Numbered from the stretch's first letter, positions 49,816 to 60,174 are shown. The stretch: DNA of 64,000 nucleotides from Acidimicrobium ferrooxidans (GCA_020723485.1 DYIU01000003.1:394347-458346), one strand, 5' to 3'. Notes: generated by a model not told the origin, from the sequence alone. Translations and numbers: made by a program.

Positions 49816-50604
49816 ATGAGAACAGTGAGCCTGACGGCGGTTGCCCTGCTGGTTGCGGTCGCCTTGACCTCCGGCGCGGGCTGCGGGACATCGACAGGTG
49901 GGGGCGGGCGCCTGGAAGGGACCCGCTGGGCGCTCGAGTCCTACGACTCCGGTGGCCGGGCGGTGGGAGTGCCCTCCGGGTCCGAGGTAGACGCCACCTT
50001 CGAGAACGGGCGGGTGAGCGGGTCTTCTGGGGTCAACACCTACAGCGGGGAATACGTCCTCTCCGGGAGCCGGCTCACCATAAGCAAGCTGGCGTCCACC
50101 CTGATGGCCGGGCCTCAGGAGCTCATGGACCTGGAGCAGGCGTACCTGGGTCTCCTGGAGCAGACTGCTTCATACACCGCGGAGGATGGCGGGCTTACCC
50201 TGTTCGGCAAGAACGGCGACGTGCTGCTCGAGTACTCAAAAGGCAAAGCCGCCTCCCTCACGGGCGGCACGTGGAACGTCATAAGCTACTATAACGGCCG
50301 CGATGCGTTGACCAGCGTAATAAACGGCACCGCGCTCACCTCCGTCTTTGGAAAGGACGGCGCCGTCACCGGCTCGGGAGGCGTGAACACCTACCGCGCG
50401 TCGTACAGCACGAGCGGGAAGAAGATCACCATCGGCACGCCGACGACGACCCTTATGGCAGCGACCGACCCGGCCGTCTCGCAGCAGGAGACCGAGTTCC
50501 TTGCCGCCCTCGAGCTGGCGGTCGAATTCGAGGTAACGGGAAGCTCACTCAAGCTGTTGCGCGAAGGCGGAACGATCGCGGTCACATACGAGCTCGCAGA
50601 GTAG
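49816..50604 (+). CDS. Lipoprotein with two tandem META (HslJ-like, DUF306) domains
   Basis: Lipobox LTSGAGCG. Two copies of W-x-L...G...Y...L...T-M-M...E-Q-x-Y-L. Confidence 0.65.
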   Translation: MRTVSLTAVALLVAVALTSGAGCGTSTGGGGRLEGTRWALESYDSGGRAVGVPSGSEVDATFENGRVSGSSGVNTYSGEYVLSGSRLTISKLASTLMAGPQELMDLEQAYLGLLEQTASYTAEDGGLTLFGKNGDVLLEYSKGKAASLTGGTWNVISYYNGRDALTSVINGTALTSVFGKDGAVTGSGGVNTYRASYSTSGKKITIGTPTTTLMAATDPAVSQQETEFLAALELAVEFEVTGSSLKLLREGGTIAVTYELAE

Positions 50605-50714
50605 CGCAGCACCGATTCACCTTGAAAACCACCTGCGGATAGTACTATGATACCCGCGGGTCAAAACAACGGTCTGATGTGGGCGGACCCGGCCCCGAGC
50701 TCAAGGAGGCAGAG

Positions 50715-51236
50715 ATGGCATGTGAATGCGCCGAGTGCACCGAACACGGAGGGCCGAACCCGATAATAATGACGTTCCGGGTCATGGTCATCGTGGCCCA
50801 GATGGTCCTGGGAGCCTACGGGATGCTCAAGGAACGCTCGTATAAAGCCCTCTGGGCGTGGCTGGGTGCGCTCGCCCTGTTCTGGACAATACCGCGCTAT
50901 CTCATCTGCGCCCGGTGCCCCGGGTACGGGCAGAAATGCTACAGCCTGTACCTGGGCAAGATAACCTCGATGTATATGCTGAAGGTGGAGGGACACGAGC
51001 AGGAGCACCCTTCGAGCCTGGCGATCGGGCTGGAAGTGCTCTCACTCGCAACCATCAGCAACGCCCCGGCTATCGGGCTGCGCGGGGACAAGAAGCTCCT
51101 GCGGCTCTACATGCTCCTGTCGACGATAACCCTCTGGAGCCAGTTCCTCCACGCCTGCAGGCACTGCGCCACATACGGCGAGGGCTGGAAGAAGGACTGC
51201 CCGTCAGCCCAGACCTACCGCAGGCTGTTCGGGTAA
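50715..51236 (+). CDS. Cys-rich membrane protein (N-terminal CECAEC, later CARCPGYGQKC and CRHC), function unknown
   Basis: ATG at 50715 with a strong AAGGAGG Shine-Dalgarno site. 3-4 TM helices. Confidence 0.45.
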   Translation: MACECAECTEHGGPNPIIMTFRVMVIVAQMVLGAYGMLKERSYKALWAWLGALALFWTIPRYLICARCPGYGQKCYSLYLGKITSMYMLKVEGHEQEHPSSLAIGLEVLSLATISNAPAIGLRGDKKLLRLYMLLSTITLWSQFLHACRHCATYGEGWKKDCPSAQTYRRLFG

Positions 51237-51277
51237 GCAGGTCAGGCTTTAACGCTTGTGCCGGATGAGTTGAAAAC

Positions 51278-51306
51278 GCAACAAAATGACCTGACCCCGA
51301 TTTTGC
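51278..51306. repeat. Copy C of the repeat family (reverse orientation: GCAACAAAATGACCTGACCCCGATTTTGC), between the Cys-rich membrane protein gene and the sulfatase-like gene
   Basis: Reverse complement is 29/30 identical to 59880-59909. There is an additional partial core CAGGTCAGG at 51238-51246. Confidence 0.6.
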
Positions 51307-51355
51307 GTTCTGTGCTAGGATTCAGCTACCTTTGAGGCAATCCAGGGAGGCGCGG

Positions 51356-52876
51356 GTGCAGGTAGTGTTCCATCCATTTCTGCTGGCGGTCGCGCCCGTC
51401 CTCTTTCTTTACGCGTTCAATATAGACCAGGTCGTCTTCGGGGATGCGCTCTGGCCGCTGCTGGTGAGCCTCGCGGTAGCGTCCGCCCTCTTCTTCGCGC
51501 TTTCGGCCCTGCTGAAGAACAAGAAAGAGGCGGGACTCCTGGTCTCGCTGGGCCTTATCCTGTTCTTCTCCTACGGGCACCTGATGAGCGTCCTGCGCGA
51601 ACTCGGCCTGACCGACGGCCCGTGGCTCTGGCTCCCCGTGTTCGCGGCCGCCTTCGCCGCCGGGGCGTTCCTCGTCGTCAGGTACCGGGACAGGCTCACG
51701 ACGCCCACCTACCTGCTCAACGTGGTAGCGATAGTGCTCGTAGGCCTCTCGCTCTTCAACATTGTCAGCCACGAGCTGCGCTCGAAACCGGAGGTGCCGC
51801 AGCCGGACATCGTGGTAAAGGAGGGAAAGAAGCCCGCCGGGGTGACGGAGCCACCGGATATCTACTACATCATCCTCGACGCTTACGGCTCTCAGAGCAC
51901 GCTGGAGGAGGCTTACGGCTTCGATAACAGCGAGTTCCTCGGGTTTCTCCAGGAGAAGGGATTCTACGTCCCCGAGGACTCGAGGAGCAACTACTTCGAG
52001 ACGTTCCTGTCGCTCTCCTCAGCGCTCAACATGGAGTACCTGGGCTTCCTGGAGAAGGACCCGGGCCCGGACTCGAACGACCGCTCGATCCCCTACCAGA
52101 TGCTGCAGGACAACGCCGTCGCGCGCTTCCTGAAGTCGAGCGGCTACGAGTATGTCTTCTTCGCCTCCGGCTGGTCCGGGACGTCCCACAGCCGGGCCGC
52201 CGACCGCGTTGTAGCCGAGCACCACCTCTTTGACAACGAGTTCTGGAACGCGCTTGTCAGGACCACCGCCCTTCGGCCGCTCGCGCGCAACTGGCTGTTC
52301 ACAAGGGCGGCGGTGAACGCCACTTTCGAGCGGATACCGGAGGCGGTCGGCAGGTCGGACGGGCCGGCGTTCGTCTTCGCGCACATCGTCCCGCCGCACC
52401 ACCCGTTCAGGTTCGCCGCGGACGGCGGCTTGCCGGAGCCGGCGGGATCTGGCGTCGAGGCCAGGAAAGCCGCCTACGTAGAGCAGGTCCAGTACGTGAA
52501 CGGCAAGATAGAGGAACTGGTAGACGATCTGCTGTCCCGGGAGGGCCCGCGGCCGGTCATCATCATCCAGGGAGACCACGGTCCGAGCTACGCGGGGAAC
52601 CCGGCCAGCCGAGAGGCGTCTCCCGGCAAGAGGGAGCCGGTGGACGAATACGTCCAGGAGCGCTCCGGCATCCTCAACGCATACTACCTGCCGGCGCCGG
52701 ACGGCGGAACCGTCTCTCTCTACGAGGGAATCTCACCGGTCAACAGCTTCCGAGAGGTGTTCGACCTGTACCTGGGGACGGGCATGGAGAGGCTTCCAGA
52801 CCGCATCTACTACTCCACCTACAGCCGCCCGTTCGACTTCCGCGACGTCACCGACACGGTGAAGGACGCCGACTGA
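51356..52876 (+). CDS. Membrane-anchored sulfatase / LTA-synthase-like (alkaline-phosphatase superfamily) protein
   Basis: 5 N-terminal TM helices, then a sulfatase-like domain (DIYYIILDAYGS, HIVPPHHP, IIIQGDHGP). GTG start at 51356 with a GGGAGG Shine-Dalgarno site; the ORF track starts at TTG 51332. Confidence 0.7.
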   Translation: MQVVFHPFLLAVAPVLFLYAFNIDQVVFGDALWPLLVSLAVASALFFALSALLKNKKEAGLLVSLGLILFFSYGHLMSVLRELGLTDGPWLWLPVFAAAFAAGAFLVVRYRDRLTTPTYLLNVVAIVLVGLSLFNIVSHELRSKPEVPQPDIVVKEGKKPAGVTEPPDIYYIILDAYGSQSTLEEAYGFDNSEFLGFLQEKGFYVPEDSRSNYFETFLSLSSALNMEYLGFLEKDPGPDSNDRSIPYQMLQDNAVARFLKSSGYEYVFFASGWSGTSHSRAADRVVAEHHLFDNEFWNALVRTTALRPLARNWLFTRAAVNATFERIPEAVGRSDGPAFVFAHIVPPHHPFRFAADGGLPEPAGSGVEARKAAYVEQVQYVNGKIEELVDDLLSREGPRPVIIIQGDHGPSYAGNPASREASPGKREPVDEYVQERSGILNAYYLPAPDGGTVSLYEGISPVNSFREVFDLYLGTGMERLPDRIYYSTYSRPFDFRDVTDTVKDAD

Positions 52877-53264
52877 GCTCCGGCTCAACGTGAAACAGCC
52901 ACGAATGCATACTCTGCAGAGTGCCCAAGACCCGGCACGCGTTCAATCAACGCTTTGAGTTCCGTTACGGCCCGTCATGGTACGGCGCGGTCAAGGGGGC
53001 GGTGGCCGGTTTACTCAATGCGTTGAGTAATCCCCGCCGGGGGCAGGCCGGCAAACCCGGGACAGGCGGTGTCGGACATTTGCATAACAAAACCAACAAC
53101 AGTTGACCGATGAATCATCCTCAACGGAAACAGCCTCTTCGAGGCTCTCGAAGTCGGCTCAGCCGTTATTCATGTTGCTTGTGTTGCTTTCTGGTAAGAG
53201 AAATGCTTTTTGTGACGCAAACGCCCGACACCATCGATCGTCCGACTCCCCCCACAAACCTTGT

Positions 53265-54125
53265 TTAAAGGAATGCATTCCACGGGGCGCCTCCCGAGCC
53301 CCTGACGGACTGCTGGTGATTTTCTCGTTCGCGTGGCCTATGCGTGGCTTCAGACATCTCACTGACGAGACGGGAGAGGGGCTCGAGGCTGCCATCCGTT
53401 TCGGCGACAGCTTTCATGAGGGCACTGCCGACGATGACGCCGTCGGCCATCGCCGCGGCCTCGCGGCACTGCTCCGGCGTCGAGATGCCGACCCCCACCG
53501 CGATGGGGCATGAGGCATGCTCGCGGACGCGGGCCAGGAACCCGGGCAGCCCGGGCGGCAGCGATTCTCGCGCGCCCGTGGTGCCGAGCTGCGAGACGCA
53601 GTAGAGGAACCCTGTGGTCGCCGCGGCCGCCGCCCCGAGCCTCTGGGGGCTCGTCGTCGGCGCGCAGAACGCGACGGTCGCGAGCCCCGCGGAATCACAG
53701 GCCGCCTTGAGGGGGCCCATCTCTTCGACCGGCAGGTCCGGGACCACGAGCCCGTCGGCGCCCGCCGAATGGGCGCGGTGGGCAAAGCGCTCGAGCCCGT
53801 AGCGGAAGACCGGGTTGTAGTAGGTCATGATAAGGAGGGGGCGCGCGGTCCCGCCCCGGACCTCACGGAGGAGGTCCAGTACCGAATCGACCGTCGCGCC
53901 GGCCGAGAGCGCCGCGACGCTTGTCTTCTGTATCACCGGGCCGTCCATCACCGGGTCAGAGAACGGCACGCCTATCTCGACGGCGTCCGCTCCCGCCGCG
54001 AGCATTGCACGGACCACCTCCGCGCTCCGCTTCCGGTCGGGGTAGCATCCCGTGGCGTACGTTATGAGTGCGGCCCCTGACGGTGCGGCCACCTGGAACA
54101 TCTCCCTCAGTGCTTCTGCGCTCAC
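53265..54125 (-). CDS. trpA: Tryptophan synthase alpha subunit
   Basis: Family-typical sequence. Last gene of the operon. 4-nt overlap with trpB. Confidence 0.9.
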   Translation of the reverse strand: MSAEALREMFQVAAPSGAALITYATGCYPDRKRSAEVVRAMLAAGADAVEIGVPFSDPVMDGPVIQKTSVAALSAGATVDSVLDLLREVRGGTARPLLIMTYYNPVFRYGLERFAHRAHSAGADGLVVPDLPVEEMGPLKAACDSAGLATVAFCAPTTSPQRLGAAAAATTGFLYCVSQLGTTGARESLPPGLPGFLARVREHASCPIAVGVGISTPEQCREAAAMADGVIVGSALMKAVAETDGSLEPLSRLVSEMSEATHRPRERENHQQSVRGSGGAPWNAFL

Positions 54126-55300
54126 ATGTGCTCCTTCATGGTCTCAAGGTCTTTGTCCCCCCGTCCGGAGAGGCAGACGACAATTGACTGCCCAGGGCGC
54201 ATCCCCGGCGCGGCGCGCATGGCGTAGGCCACTGCATGGGCGCTCTCGAGTGCCGGCAGGATGCCCTCAGTCCTCGCGAGGAAGCGCGCCGCCTCGAGAG
54301 CTTCGCCGTCGCTCGCGCTCGTGTAGGTCGCAAGCCCTTCCTCCTTCATGCGGGCGTGCTCAGGCCCGACACCCGGGTAGTCGAGGCCGGCCGAGACCGA
54401 GTGGGTATCCGCCACCTGTCCATCGCCGTCCTGCAGCAGGTAGCTCATGGCGCCGTGCAGGACGCCGACCTCGCCCAGGCCCAGTGTCGCGCCGTGCTCG
54501 CCGGGCGCCGCGCCCCGACCCCCTGCCTCCACCCCCATGAGCAAGGGGCCCTCCCCGACGAACGGCGCGAACATCCCCATGGCGTTGCTGCCGCCCCCGA
54601 CGCAGGCCACAAGCACGTCCGGCATCTTCCCCTCGGCCGCCAGGAACTGTTCGAGCATCTCCGTCCCTATCACTGACTGGAACTCGGCAACCATCCCCGG
54701 GAACGGGTGGGGCCCGACCACCGAGCCGATGCAGTAGTGGGTCCCGGACACGTTCTCGACCCAGTCGCGCAGGGCCTCGTTTATCGCGTCTTTCAGTGTG
54801 CGGGAGCCGCTCCCGACCGGCCTGACCTCCGCGCCAAGGAGCTCCATCCTGGAGACGTTGGGCGCCTGGCGCTCTATGTCGACCTCCCCCATGTAGACCA
54901 CGCACTCCTGGGAGAAGAGCGCGGCGGCGGTCGCGCAGGCGACGCCGTGCTGCCCGGCGCCCGTTTCCGCTATCACCCTGGGCTTACCCATCCGGCGCGC
55001 GAGCAGGCACTGCCCCAGGGTGTTGTTGAGCTTGTGCGAGCCGGTGTGGCAGAGGTCCTCCCGCTTGAGGTAGACCGTCGCGCCGCCAAGAAGGCGGGTC
55101 ATGTTGTCCGCCCTGTAGAGGGGGGTTGGACGGCCGGCGTACTCGCGCCTCAGGCGAGAGGACTCCGCTGTGAAAGCCCCGTCCCGCTTCGCCTCGAGGA
55201 ACGCCTCCTCGAGCTCGAGCAGCGCCGCCATCAGCGGTTCGGGAACGAACCTGCCTCCGAACCTGCCGTAGTATCCTTTCTTTGCGTCGATCATCTGCAT
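54122..55300 (-). CDS. trpB: Tryptophan synthase beta subunit
   Basis: [12 protein letters not shown]-Lys motif. GGGSNAMG. Confidence 0.9.
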   Translation of the reverse strand: MQMIDAKKGYYGRFGGRFVPEPLMAALLELEEAFLEAKRDGAFTAESSRLRREYAGRPTPLYRADNMTRLLGGATVYLKREDLCHTGSHKLNNTLGQCLLARRMGKPRVIAETGAGQHGVACATAAALFSQECVVYMGEVDIERQAPNVSRMELLGAEVRPVGSGSRTLKDAINEALRDWVENVSGTHYCIGSVVGPHPFPGMVAEFQSVIGTEMLEQFLAAEGKMPDVLVACVGGGSNAMGMFAPFVGEGPLLMGVEAGGRGAAPGEHGATLGLGEVGVLHGAMSYLLQDGDGQVADTHSVSAGLDYPGVGPEHARMKEEGLATYTSASDGEALEAARFLARTEGILPALESAHAVAYAMRAAPGMRPGQSIVVCLSGRGDKDLETMKEHM

Positions 55301-55914
55301 GCCTCCATGCCGGCGTTCCTCGCCTCTTCCACGAACCTCCGCATGAGCGCGTGGTCCTTCTTCCGGGGAGCGCGCTCCACCCCGCTTGCGACGTCCACCC
55401 CGAACGGCTGCGCGAGCCTGACCGCTTCAGCGACGTTCTCCGGGGCCAGGCCTCCAGCGATGAGTGTGCGCCTCGCGGCCGCGAATGGCCTGGCGGCTCT
55501 CCAGTCAAAACCGTCTCCGGGCCCGGCCCGCCGCCCGGTCTTGGGGGCTTCCAGCAAGACGAGGGAACACCCATGGCCCGTCACGGCGCCGACCGCGGGT
55601 ACGTCCTCAAGCCTGACGGTCCTTATCACCATCCCGCCGAGCGCCGAGCAGTACTCCGGGCTCTCGCTGCCGTGGAGCTGGACCATGTCCAGCCCGCAGC
55701 GCTCGACCACATCGAGTACATCCTCTAGCGGGCTGTCGGCGAACACGCCCACCTTCGTCACCCCGCGGGGCACTGACCCGGCGATGCGGCGCGCGCACTC
55801 CGGCGTCACCCTCCTCGGGCTCTCCGCGAAGATGAAACCGACCGCGTCCGCCCCCAGCTCAGCAGCGCAAAGGGCGTCCTCGAGCCTGGTGATGCCGCAG
55901 ATCTTCACCCACAT
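55291..55914 (-). CDS. trpF: Phosphoribosylanthranilate isomerase
   Basis: MWVKICGIT...GADAVGFIF. Confidence 0.85.
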   Translation of the reverse strand: MWVKICGITRLEDALCAAELGADAVGFIFAESPRRVTPECARRIAGSVPRGVTKVGVFADSPLEDVLDVVERCGLDMVQLHGSESPEYCSALGGMVIRTVRLEDVPAVGAVTGHGCSLVLLEAPKTGRRAGPGDGFDWRAARPFAAARRTLIAGGLAPENVAEAVRLAQPFGVDVASGVERAPRKKDHALMRRFVEEARNAGMEACR

Positions 55915-56729
55915 CCCTGGTCGGCCCCCTCAGTTTCCGCGAGCGTGCCGGCGGCTGCCGCGACCAGCTCGCGCAGCCTGTCTCCCGGACTCGCGGCTCT
56001 CATGAGTTCCTCCCCTATGAGGAGCGCGTCCACGCCCATCTCCGACAGCTCCCTGACTCTCTCGACGGTCCTTATTCCGCTCTCGCTCACAACCGTCACA
56101 CCGTCCGGGATGAGTCGCAGGAGCCTCTCCGTGGTCGAGGGGTCCACCTCCAGTGTGCGGAGGTCACGGTTGTTGATGCCTACGATCTCCGCCCCCGCTT
56201 CCAGGGCTCGTGCGATACCCGCCGCCGTGTGTGCCTCCACCAGCGCGTCGACGCCCAGCTCGAGGCTCTGCGTCACGAGGGTCTCGAGCACCGAATCCTC
56301 CAGGGCTTCCGCTATGAGAAGCACCGCCGAGGCGCCATACGCGGCCGCTTCCAGGACCTGGTACGGCAGGCTGACGAAGTCCTTGCGGAGCAGGGGCAGG
56401 CCGCAGGCCGCCCCCGCCAGGGCGAGGTCGTAGATGCTTCCGCCGAACCTGTACTCGCAAGTGAGCACCGACACAGCCGCGGCCCCCGCTTCCTGGTATG
56501 CCGTGGCGTGCCTGCCGACGTCGGCGCCGGCCGCTATCGGGCCCGCCGAGGGCGACATCTTCTTCACCTCCGCGATGATACGGGCGCCCCCGCCCCTCGT
56601 CACAGCCTGCTTGAAACCGGGCGCGGGCCCGAGCCACCCGAGGCGCCGCTCGAGGTAATCCGCGCCGATGAGCTCCATCCTGTCCCGTGCCGCGTGCCTC
56701 GAGGACGCCATCGCCTCGTCAATGAACAT
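55905..56729 (-). CDS. trpC: Indole-3-glycerol-phosphate synthase
   Basis: IAEVKKMSPS...LRKDFV...GINNRDL. Confidence 0.85.
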   Translation of the reverse strand: MFIDEAMASSRHAARDRMELIGADYLERRLGWLGPAPGFKQAVTRGGGARIIAEVKKMSPSAGPIAAGADVGRHATAYQEAGAAAVSVLTCEYRFGGSIYDLALAGAACGLPLLRKDFVSLPYQVLEAAAYGASAVLLIAEALEDSVLETLVTQSLELGVDALVEAHTAAGIARALEAGAEIVGINNRDLRTLEVDPSTTERLLRLIPDGVTVVSESGIRTVERVRELSEMGVDALLIGEELMRAASPGDRLRELVAAAAGTLAETEGADQGCG

Positions 56730-57774
56730 CAGTTGCCTCCACGTTGTCTACTGCCGACGGGAGGTCGGAGCTACAGTAGTCGATGAGCCTCTCGAGGACC
56801 CGGGCCGCCTCCCCGGTCTCCACGGCGCGGCCGGCCATCTCCACGGCCTCGGCGAGCGAGCCCGCCGCGCCGGACGCGAGCACTGCGAACGACGCGTTGG
56901 CAACCGCCACGTCCCTTCTCGGGCCGGCGCGCCCCTCGAGCACCTCCAGCGTTATCTCGGCGTTGCGCCGGGCGTCCCCTCCCTCGAGCTCGCCCTCCGT
57001 GCACCGCTCGAACCCAAGGTCCTCGGGCGCGAGGACGTATTCCAGCAGGCTTCCCGACCTTACCTCGCAGACGCTCGTCTCCTCCACCAGCGTGAATTCG
57101 TCCATGCCGTCCAGGCCGTGGAGCACGAAAGCGCTGCGGCGCCCCAGCTGGCTCAAGGTGCTGCCCACCGTCCTCACGAGTTCGGGCCTGTTCACCCCAA
57201 CGACCTGGGAGGTCGCTCCCGCCGGGTTGACCAGGGGCCCGAGCACGTTGAATATCGTCGGGATGCCCAGGGCCTTCCGGGGCCCCGCTACCCTGCGCAT
57301 GGCCGGGTGGAACACCGGCGCGAACATGAACCCGATGCCGACCTTCTCTATGCACGCCCGCACCTGCTCCGGCTCCATCTCGACCCGCACCCCGAGCGCC
57401 TCGAGCACATCGGCGCTGCCGCACCGGGAAGACACTCCCCTGTTGCCGTGCTTGGCGACCGGCACCCCGCATGCGGCTGTGATGAACGCCGCGGTCGTCG
57501 ATATGTTGAAGGTGCCCTTCCCGTCCCCGCCGGTGCCGCACGTGTCGACGAGCCTGTCCACCCGGGGGGTGATGGAGACCTCCACCTCGCGCATGCCCTC
57601 GACGAAACCGGCTATCTCGCCCGCCGACTCGCCCCGGGCCTTCAGGGCTACCAGCAGCCCCCCGATGACCGAGTCCGGCACGTCCCCCGAGAGTATCTCG
57701 ACAGCCGCGCGCCGCGACTCGTCACGGTCGAGGTTCCTGCCCGAGACGAGCTTCTCGATAGCTTCGGTCAACAT
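56719..57774 (-). CDS. trpD: Anthranilate phosphoribosyltransferase
   Basis: DTCGTGGDG. NISTTAAF. Start MLTEAIEKL with a GGAAGGGGGA Shine-Dalgarno site. The ORF track's 118-codon extension was discarded. Confidence 0.85.
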   Translation of the reverse strand: MLTEAIEKLVSGRNLDRDESRRAAVEILSGDVPDSVIGGLLVALKARGESAGEIAGFVEGMREVEVSITPRVDRLVDTCGTGGDGKGTFNISTTAAFITAACGVPVAKHGNRGVSSRCGSADVLEALGVRVEMEPEQVRACIEKVGIGFMFAPVFHPAMRRVAGPRKALGIPTIFNVLGPLVNPAGATSQVVGVNRPELVRTVGSTLSQLGRRSAFVLHGLDGMDEFTLVEETSVCEVRSGSLLEYVLAPEDLGFERCTEGELEGGDARRNAEITLEVLEGRAGPRRDVAVANASFAVLASGAAGSLAEAVEMAGRAVETGEAARVLERLIDYCSSDLPSAVDNVEATDVH

Positions 57775-58373
57775 ATAGTCCCCCTTCCGTTCGCTCCACT
57801 CATCGCCAGGAAGTTGCCGAGGAGCTCGAGCCCGCCGTCGGTCAGGATGGACTCCGGGTGGAACTGTACGCCCTCGACCGGATGCTCCCTGTGACGCAGG
57901 CCCATCACTAGACCGTCCTCGCTGTAGCACGTGACCTCGAGGCACTCCGGCACGCTCTCCCGGTCTACGACCAGCGAGTGGTACCGGGTCGCTACGAGGG
58001 GGCTTTCGAGCCCCGCGAAGATGGTGCGCCCGTCGTGCGACACACGCGACGTTTTCCCGTGCACCGGCGCCGGGCCGCGGACTACCCGCCCTCCCATGAC
58101 GTGCCCGATCACCTGGTGGCCCAGGCACACCCCGAGGACGGGCACCACTCCCGCGAACGCGCGCACCGCGTCGCAGGATACGCCGGCGTCCTTCGGCCCC
58201 CCCGGGCCGGGTGATATGACCAGGTGCGTGGGGCAGAGCGCCCGGATGCCCTCGACGTCTATCTCGTCGTTCCTGCAGACGCGCACCTCGCTGCCCAGCT
58301 GCATCAGGTACTGCGACAGGTTGTAGGTGAACGAGTCGTAGTTATCTATCAGTACCGCCAGGGGTTCTCCCAT
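57768..58373 (-). CDS. trpG: Anthranilate synthase component II (glutamine amidotransferase)
   Basis: Class I GATase with catalytic GVCLGHQ and HPES. Confidence 0.85.
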   Translation of the reverse strand: MGEPLAVLIDNYDSFTYNLSQYLMQLGSEVRVCRNDEIDVEGIRALCPTHLVISPGPGGPKDAGVSCDAVRAFAGVVPVLGVCLGHQVIGHVMGGRVVRGPAPVHGKTSRVSHDGRTIFAGLESPLVATRYHSLVVDRESVPECLEVTCYSEDGLVMGLRHREHPVEGVQFHPESILTDGGLELLGNFLAMSGANGRGTIC

Positions 58374-59955
58374 GCGCCCTCCTCTCGTCGGAACGGGCCG
58401 CCTCCGCCAGTCGTATCGCCCGCGTCAGCGCCCCGGCTTTGCTCTCCGTCTCGCGCCTCTCTCCCGCCGGGTCGGAATCGGCGACGACTCCGGCCCCGGC
58501 CTGGACGCTGGCCACTCCGTCCTGAACGGTGACGGTCCTTATCGCTATGCAGGTATCCATGTCGCCGGAGTAGCTCACGTAGCCGACCGCGCCGGCGTAA
58601 GGGCCCCGCGCGTCCGGCTCGAGCTCGTCGATTATCTGCGCGGCCCGCACCTTGGGCGCCCCGACCACGGTGCCGGCCGGGAACGTCGCCTTGAGAAGCT
58701 CGTAGTTTCCGCGCCCCTCCTCCAGCCGCCCCTCTACCTCGCTCACCATGTGCATGACGTGCGAGAACCGCTCCACCTCCATCATCCTGGTCACCCTCAC
58801 CGTCCCGGGAACAGATACCCGCCCCAGGTCGTTCCGCGCGAGGTCGACCAGCATCACGTGCTCGGCCCTCTCCTTGGCGTCCGCCTTCAGCTCCGCTTCG
58901 AGCCGCGAGTCTTCCACCCGGTCTGAGCCGCGCGGCCTGGTGCCGGCTATCGGCCTGACCGTCGCGGTCCCTCCCCGACGCGTGACCATCGGCTCCGGGC
59001 TGGACCCGACGAGCGTGAGCCCAGGGAGCTCCAGGTAGAACATGTAAGGCGAGGGGTTCCCGGCGCGCAGGTGCCGGTACACGGAGAGCGGGTCGGCGTC
59101 GAACCCGGCAGAGAACCTGCGGGAGACGACCACCTGGAACGCGTCCCCCGCCCTTATGTACTCGAGCGCGTCCGAGACCATCTCCTCGAACCGGCCGCCG
59201 GGCACGCTGCACTCGAACGTCTCCGCCGCCGAGGCGCCGGGGTCATCCTCCTCGAGCCGGATGCCCCCGCCGTCCGGCAGCGGGCGCGCGAGGCTCTCCG
59301 ACATCTCGCGTATCGCCGCCCCCGCCCGCCGGTAGGCCACTGCCCTGTCCTCGGGCGAGCCCCCGGCGTCGGCCAGCGCGCAGAGCCTCATCCGCGAGCG
59401 CAGGTGGTCGAACATGACGAGCCGTTCCGGGAACATGAACGCCATGTCCGGTGCCGTCCCTCCCGGTGCCGTGAGCCTCACGCTCTCGACCAGCGGGAGG
59501 ATACCGTATCCGAAGTACCCGACCGCCCCACCGGCGAACGGCATGTCCCCGGGGACAAGGGCCCTCGTCCCCTCCACCATGTCGAAGAACGCGCGCAGCG
59601 GGTACTCCCCGGGGGCCCGCGGCCCGGAGCCGGACCGCGGGCCGTCGAGACGGAGCTCCCCGCCGGCGAGTGAGACCAGCGTACCGGGCTCGAACCCGAG
59701 GAAGGAGTAACGCCCCAGGGTGCCCCCCTCCGCGCTCTCCAGCATGAAGCACGGACCCCCATCCCTGAGCTTCATGAACGCGGACACCGGCGTCTCCAGG
59801 TCGCTCGAGACCTCCGCCCAGACCATCGCCGCGTCGTACCCCTCCAGCGCCTCGAACTCCTCCCGCCCCGGCCTCAAACGCAAAATCGGGGTCAGGTCAT
59901 TTTGTTGCAGAAATGCGTCGCGCCCGCTGTGACCGGCCATTTCCGGACCATCCAT
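58342..59955 (-). CDS. trpE: Anthranilate synthase component I
   Basis: LLESAEGG and the chorismate-binding domain (GAPKVRA, GGAVGY). Start taken at the ATG at 59955, which is preceded by GGAGGA and lies just after the attenuator. The conserved N-terminal region (REEFEAL...DLETPVSAF) rules out the later Met at 59826. The ORF track extends to GTG 59994. Confidence 0.8.
   Translation of the reverse strand: MDGPEMAGHSGRDAFLQQNDLTPILRLRPGREEFEALEGYDAAMVWAEVSSDLETPVSAFMKLRDGGPCFMLESAEGGTLGRYSFLGFEPGTLVSLAGGELRLDGPRSGSGPRAPGEYPLRAFFDMVEGTRALVPGDMPFAGGAVGYFGYGILPLVESVRLTAPGGTAPDMAFMFPERLVMFDHLRSRMRLCALADAGGSPEDRAVAYRRAGAAIREMSESLARPLPDGGGIRLEEDDPGASAAETFECSVPGGRFEEMVSDALEYIRAGDAFQVVVSRRFSAGFDADPLSVYRHLRAGNPSPYMFYLELPGLTLVGSSPEPMVTRRGGTATVRPIAGTRPRGSDRVEDSRLEAELKADAKERAEHVMLVDLARNDLGRVSVPGTVRVTRMMEVERFSHVMHMVSEVEGRLEEGRGNYELLKATFPAGTVVGAPKVRAAQIIDELEPDARGPYAGAVGYVSYSGDMDTCIAIRTVTVQDGVASVQAGAGVVADSDPAGERRETESKAGALTRAIRLAEAARSDERRAHGRTPGGTDR
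59880..59909. repeat. Copy B of the repeat family (GCAAAATCGGGGTCAGGTCATTTTGTTGCA). It lies in frame within the non-conserved N-terminal extension of trpE and encodes ...AFLQQNDLTPILRL...
   Basis: 29/30 identical to 11230-11259. Confidence 0.6.
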
Positions 59956-60001
59956 ACTTCCTCCAAATAGCAAGACCGTGGCTTTGAGTGCCACGGTCGG
60001 T

Positions 60002-60039
60002 AAAAAAAAGCCGCGGCCCTCGATGAAGAGGGCCTGCGG
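60002..60039 (-). terminator. trp attenuator terminator: CCGCAGGCCCUC-uucauc-GAGGGCCGCGG followed by U8 (read on the minus strand). The plus strand carries an A8 tract, so it may act bidirectionally.
   Basis: Sits 40 nt downstream of the leader-peptide stop and about 45 nt upstream of the trpE start. Upstream segments GGGCCCUC (overlapping the Trp codons) and GAGGGUCACCGCGG can form the alternative 1:2 and 2:3 pairings. Confidence 0.65.
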
Positions 60040-60079
60040 TTTCTAACTATGTGCGCTCAGGCGCGGCCGCGGTGACCCT

Positions 60080-60136
60080 CTATCGAGGGCCCCACCAGAA
60101 GCTGTGAAGCTTTGCCTTGCCTGATATGTCCTTCAT
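60080..60136 (-). CDS. trpL: trp leader peptide MKDISGKAKLHSFWWGPR, carrying tandem Trp codons
   Basis: 18-codon ORF with UGG-UGG four codons before the stop, located between a strong promoter and the terminator. The mRNA is essentially leaderless (ATG about 3 nt from the predicted TSS). Confidence 0.6.
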   Translation of the reverse strand: MKDISGKAKLHSFWWGPR

Positions 60137-60145
60137 GGTCAACGG

Positions 60146-60174
60146 AGTATAGAGGCGGGCGGCCGCGTTGTCAA
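60146..60174 (-). promoter_or_regulatory. trp operon promoter: -35 TTGACA (60174-60169), 17-nt spacer, -10 TATACT (60151-60146)
   Basis: Consensus hexamers with correct spacing, read on the minus strand. Confidence 0.55.

Noticed and set aside
59826-59826. trpE starting at the Met at 59826, which would place repeat copy B in the 5' UTR
   Set aside because: It would delete the conserved N-terminal block (REEFEAL...), which aligns with the start of characterised TrpE proteins. The ATG at 59955 with a GGAGGA site, just after the attenuator, fits better.
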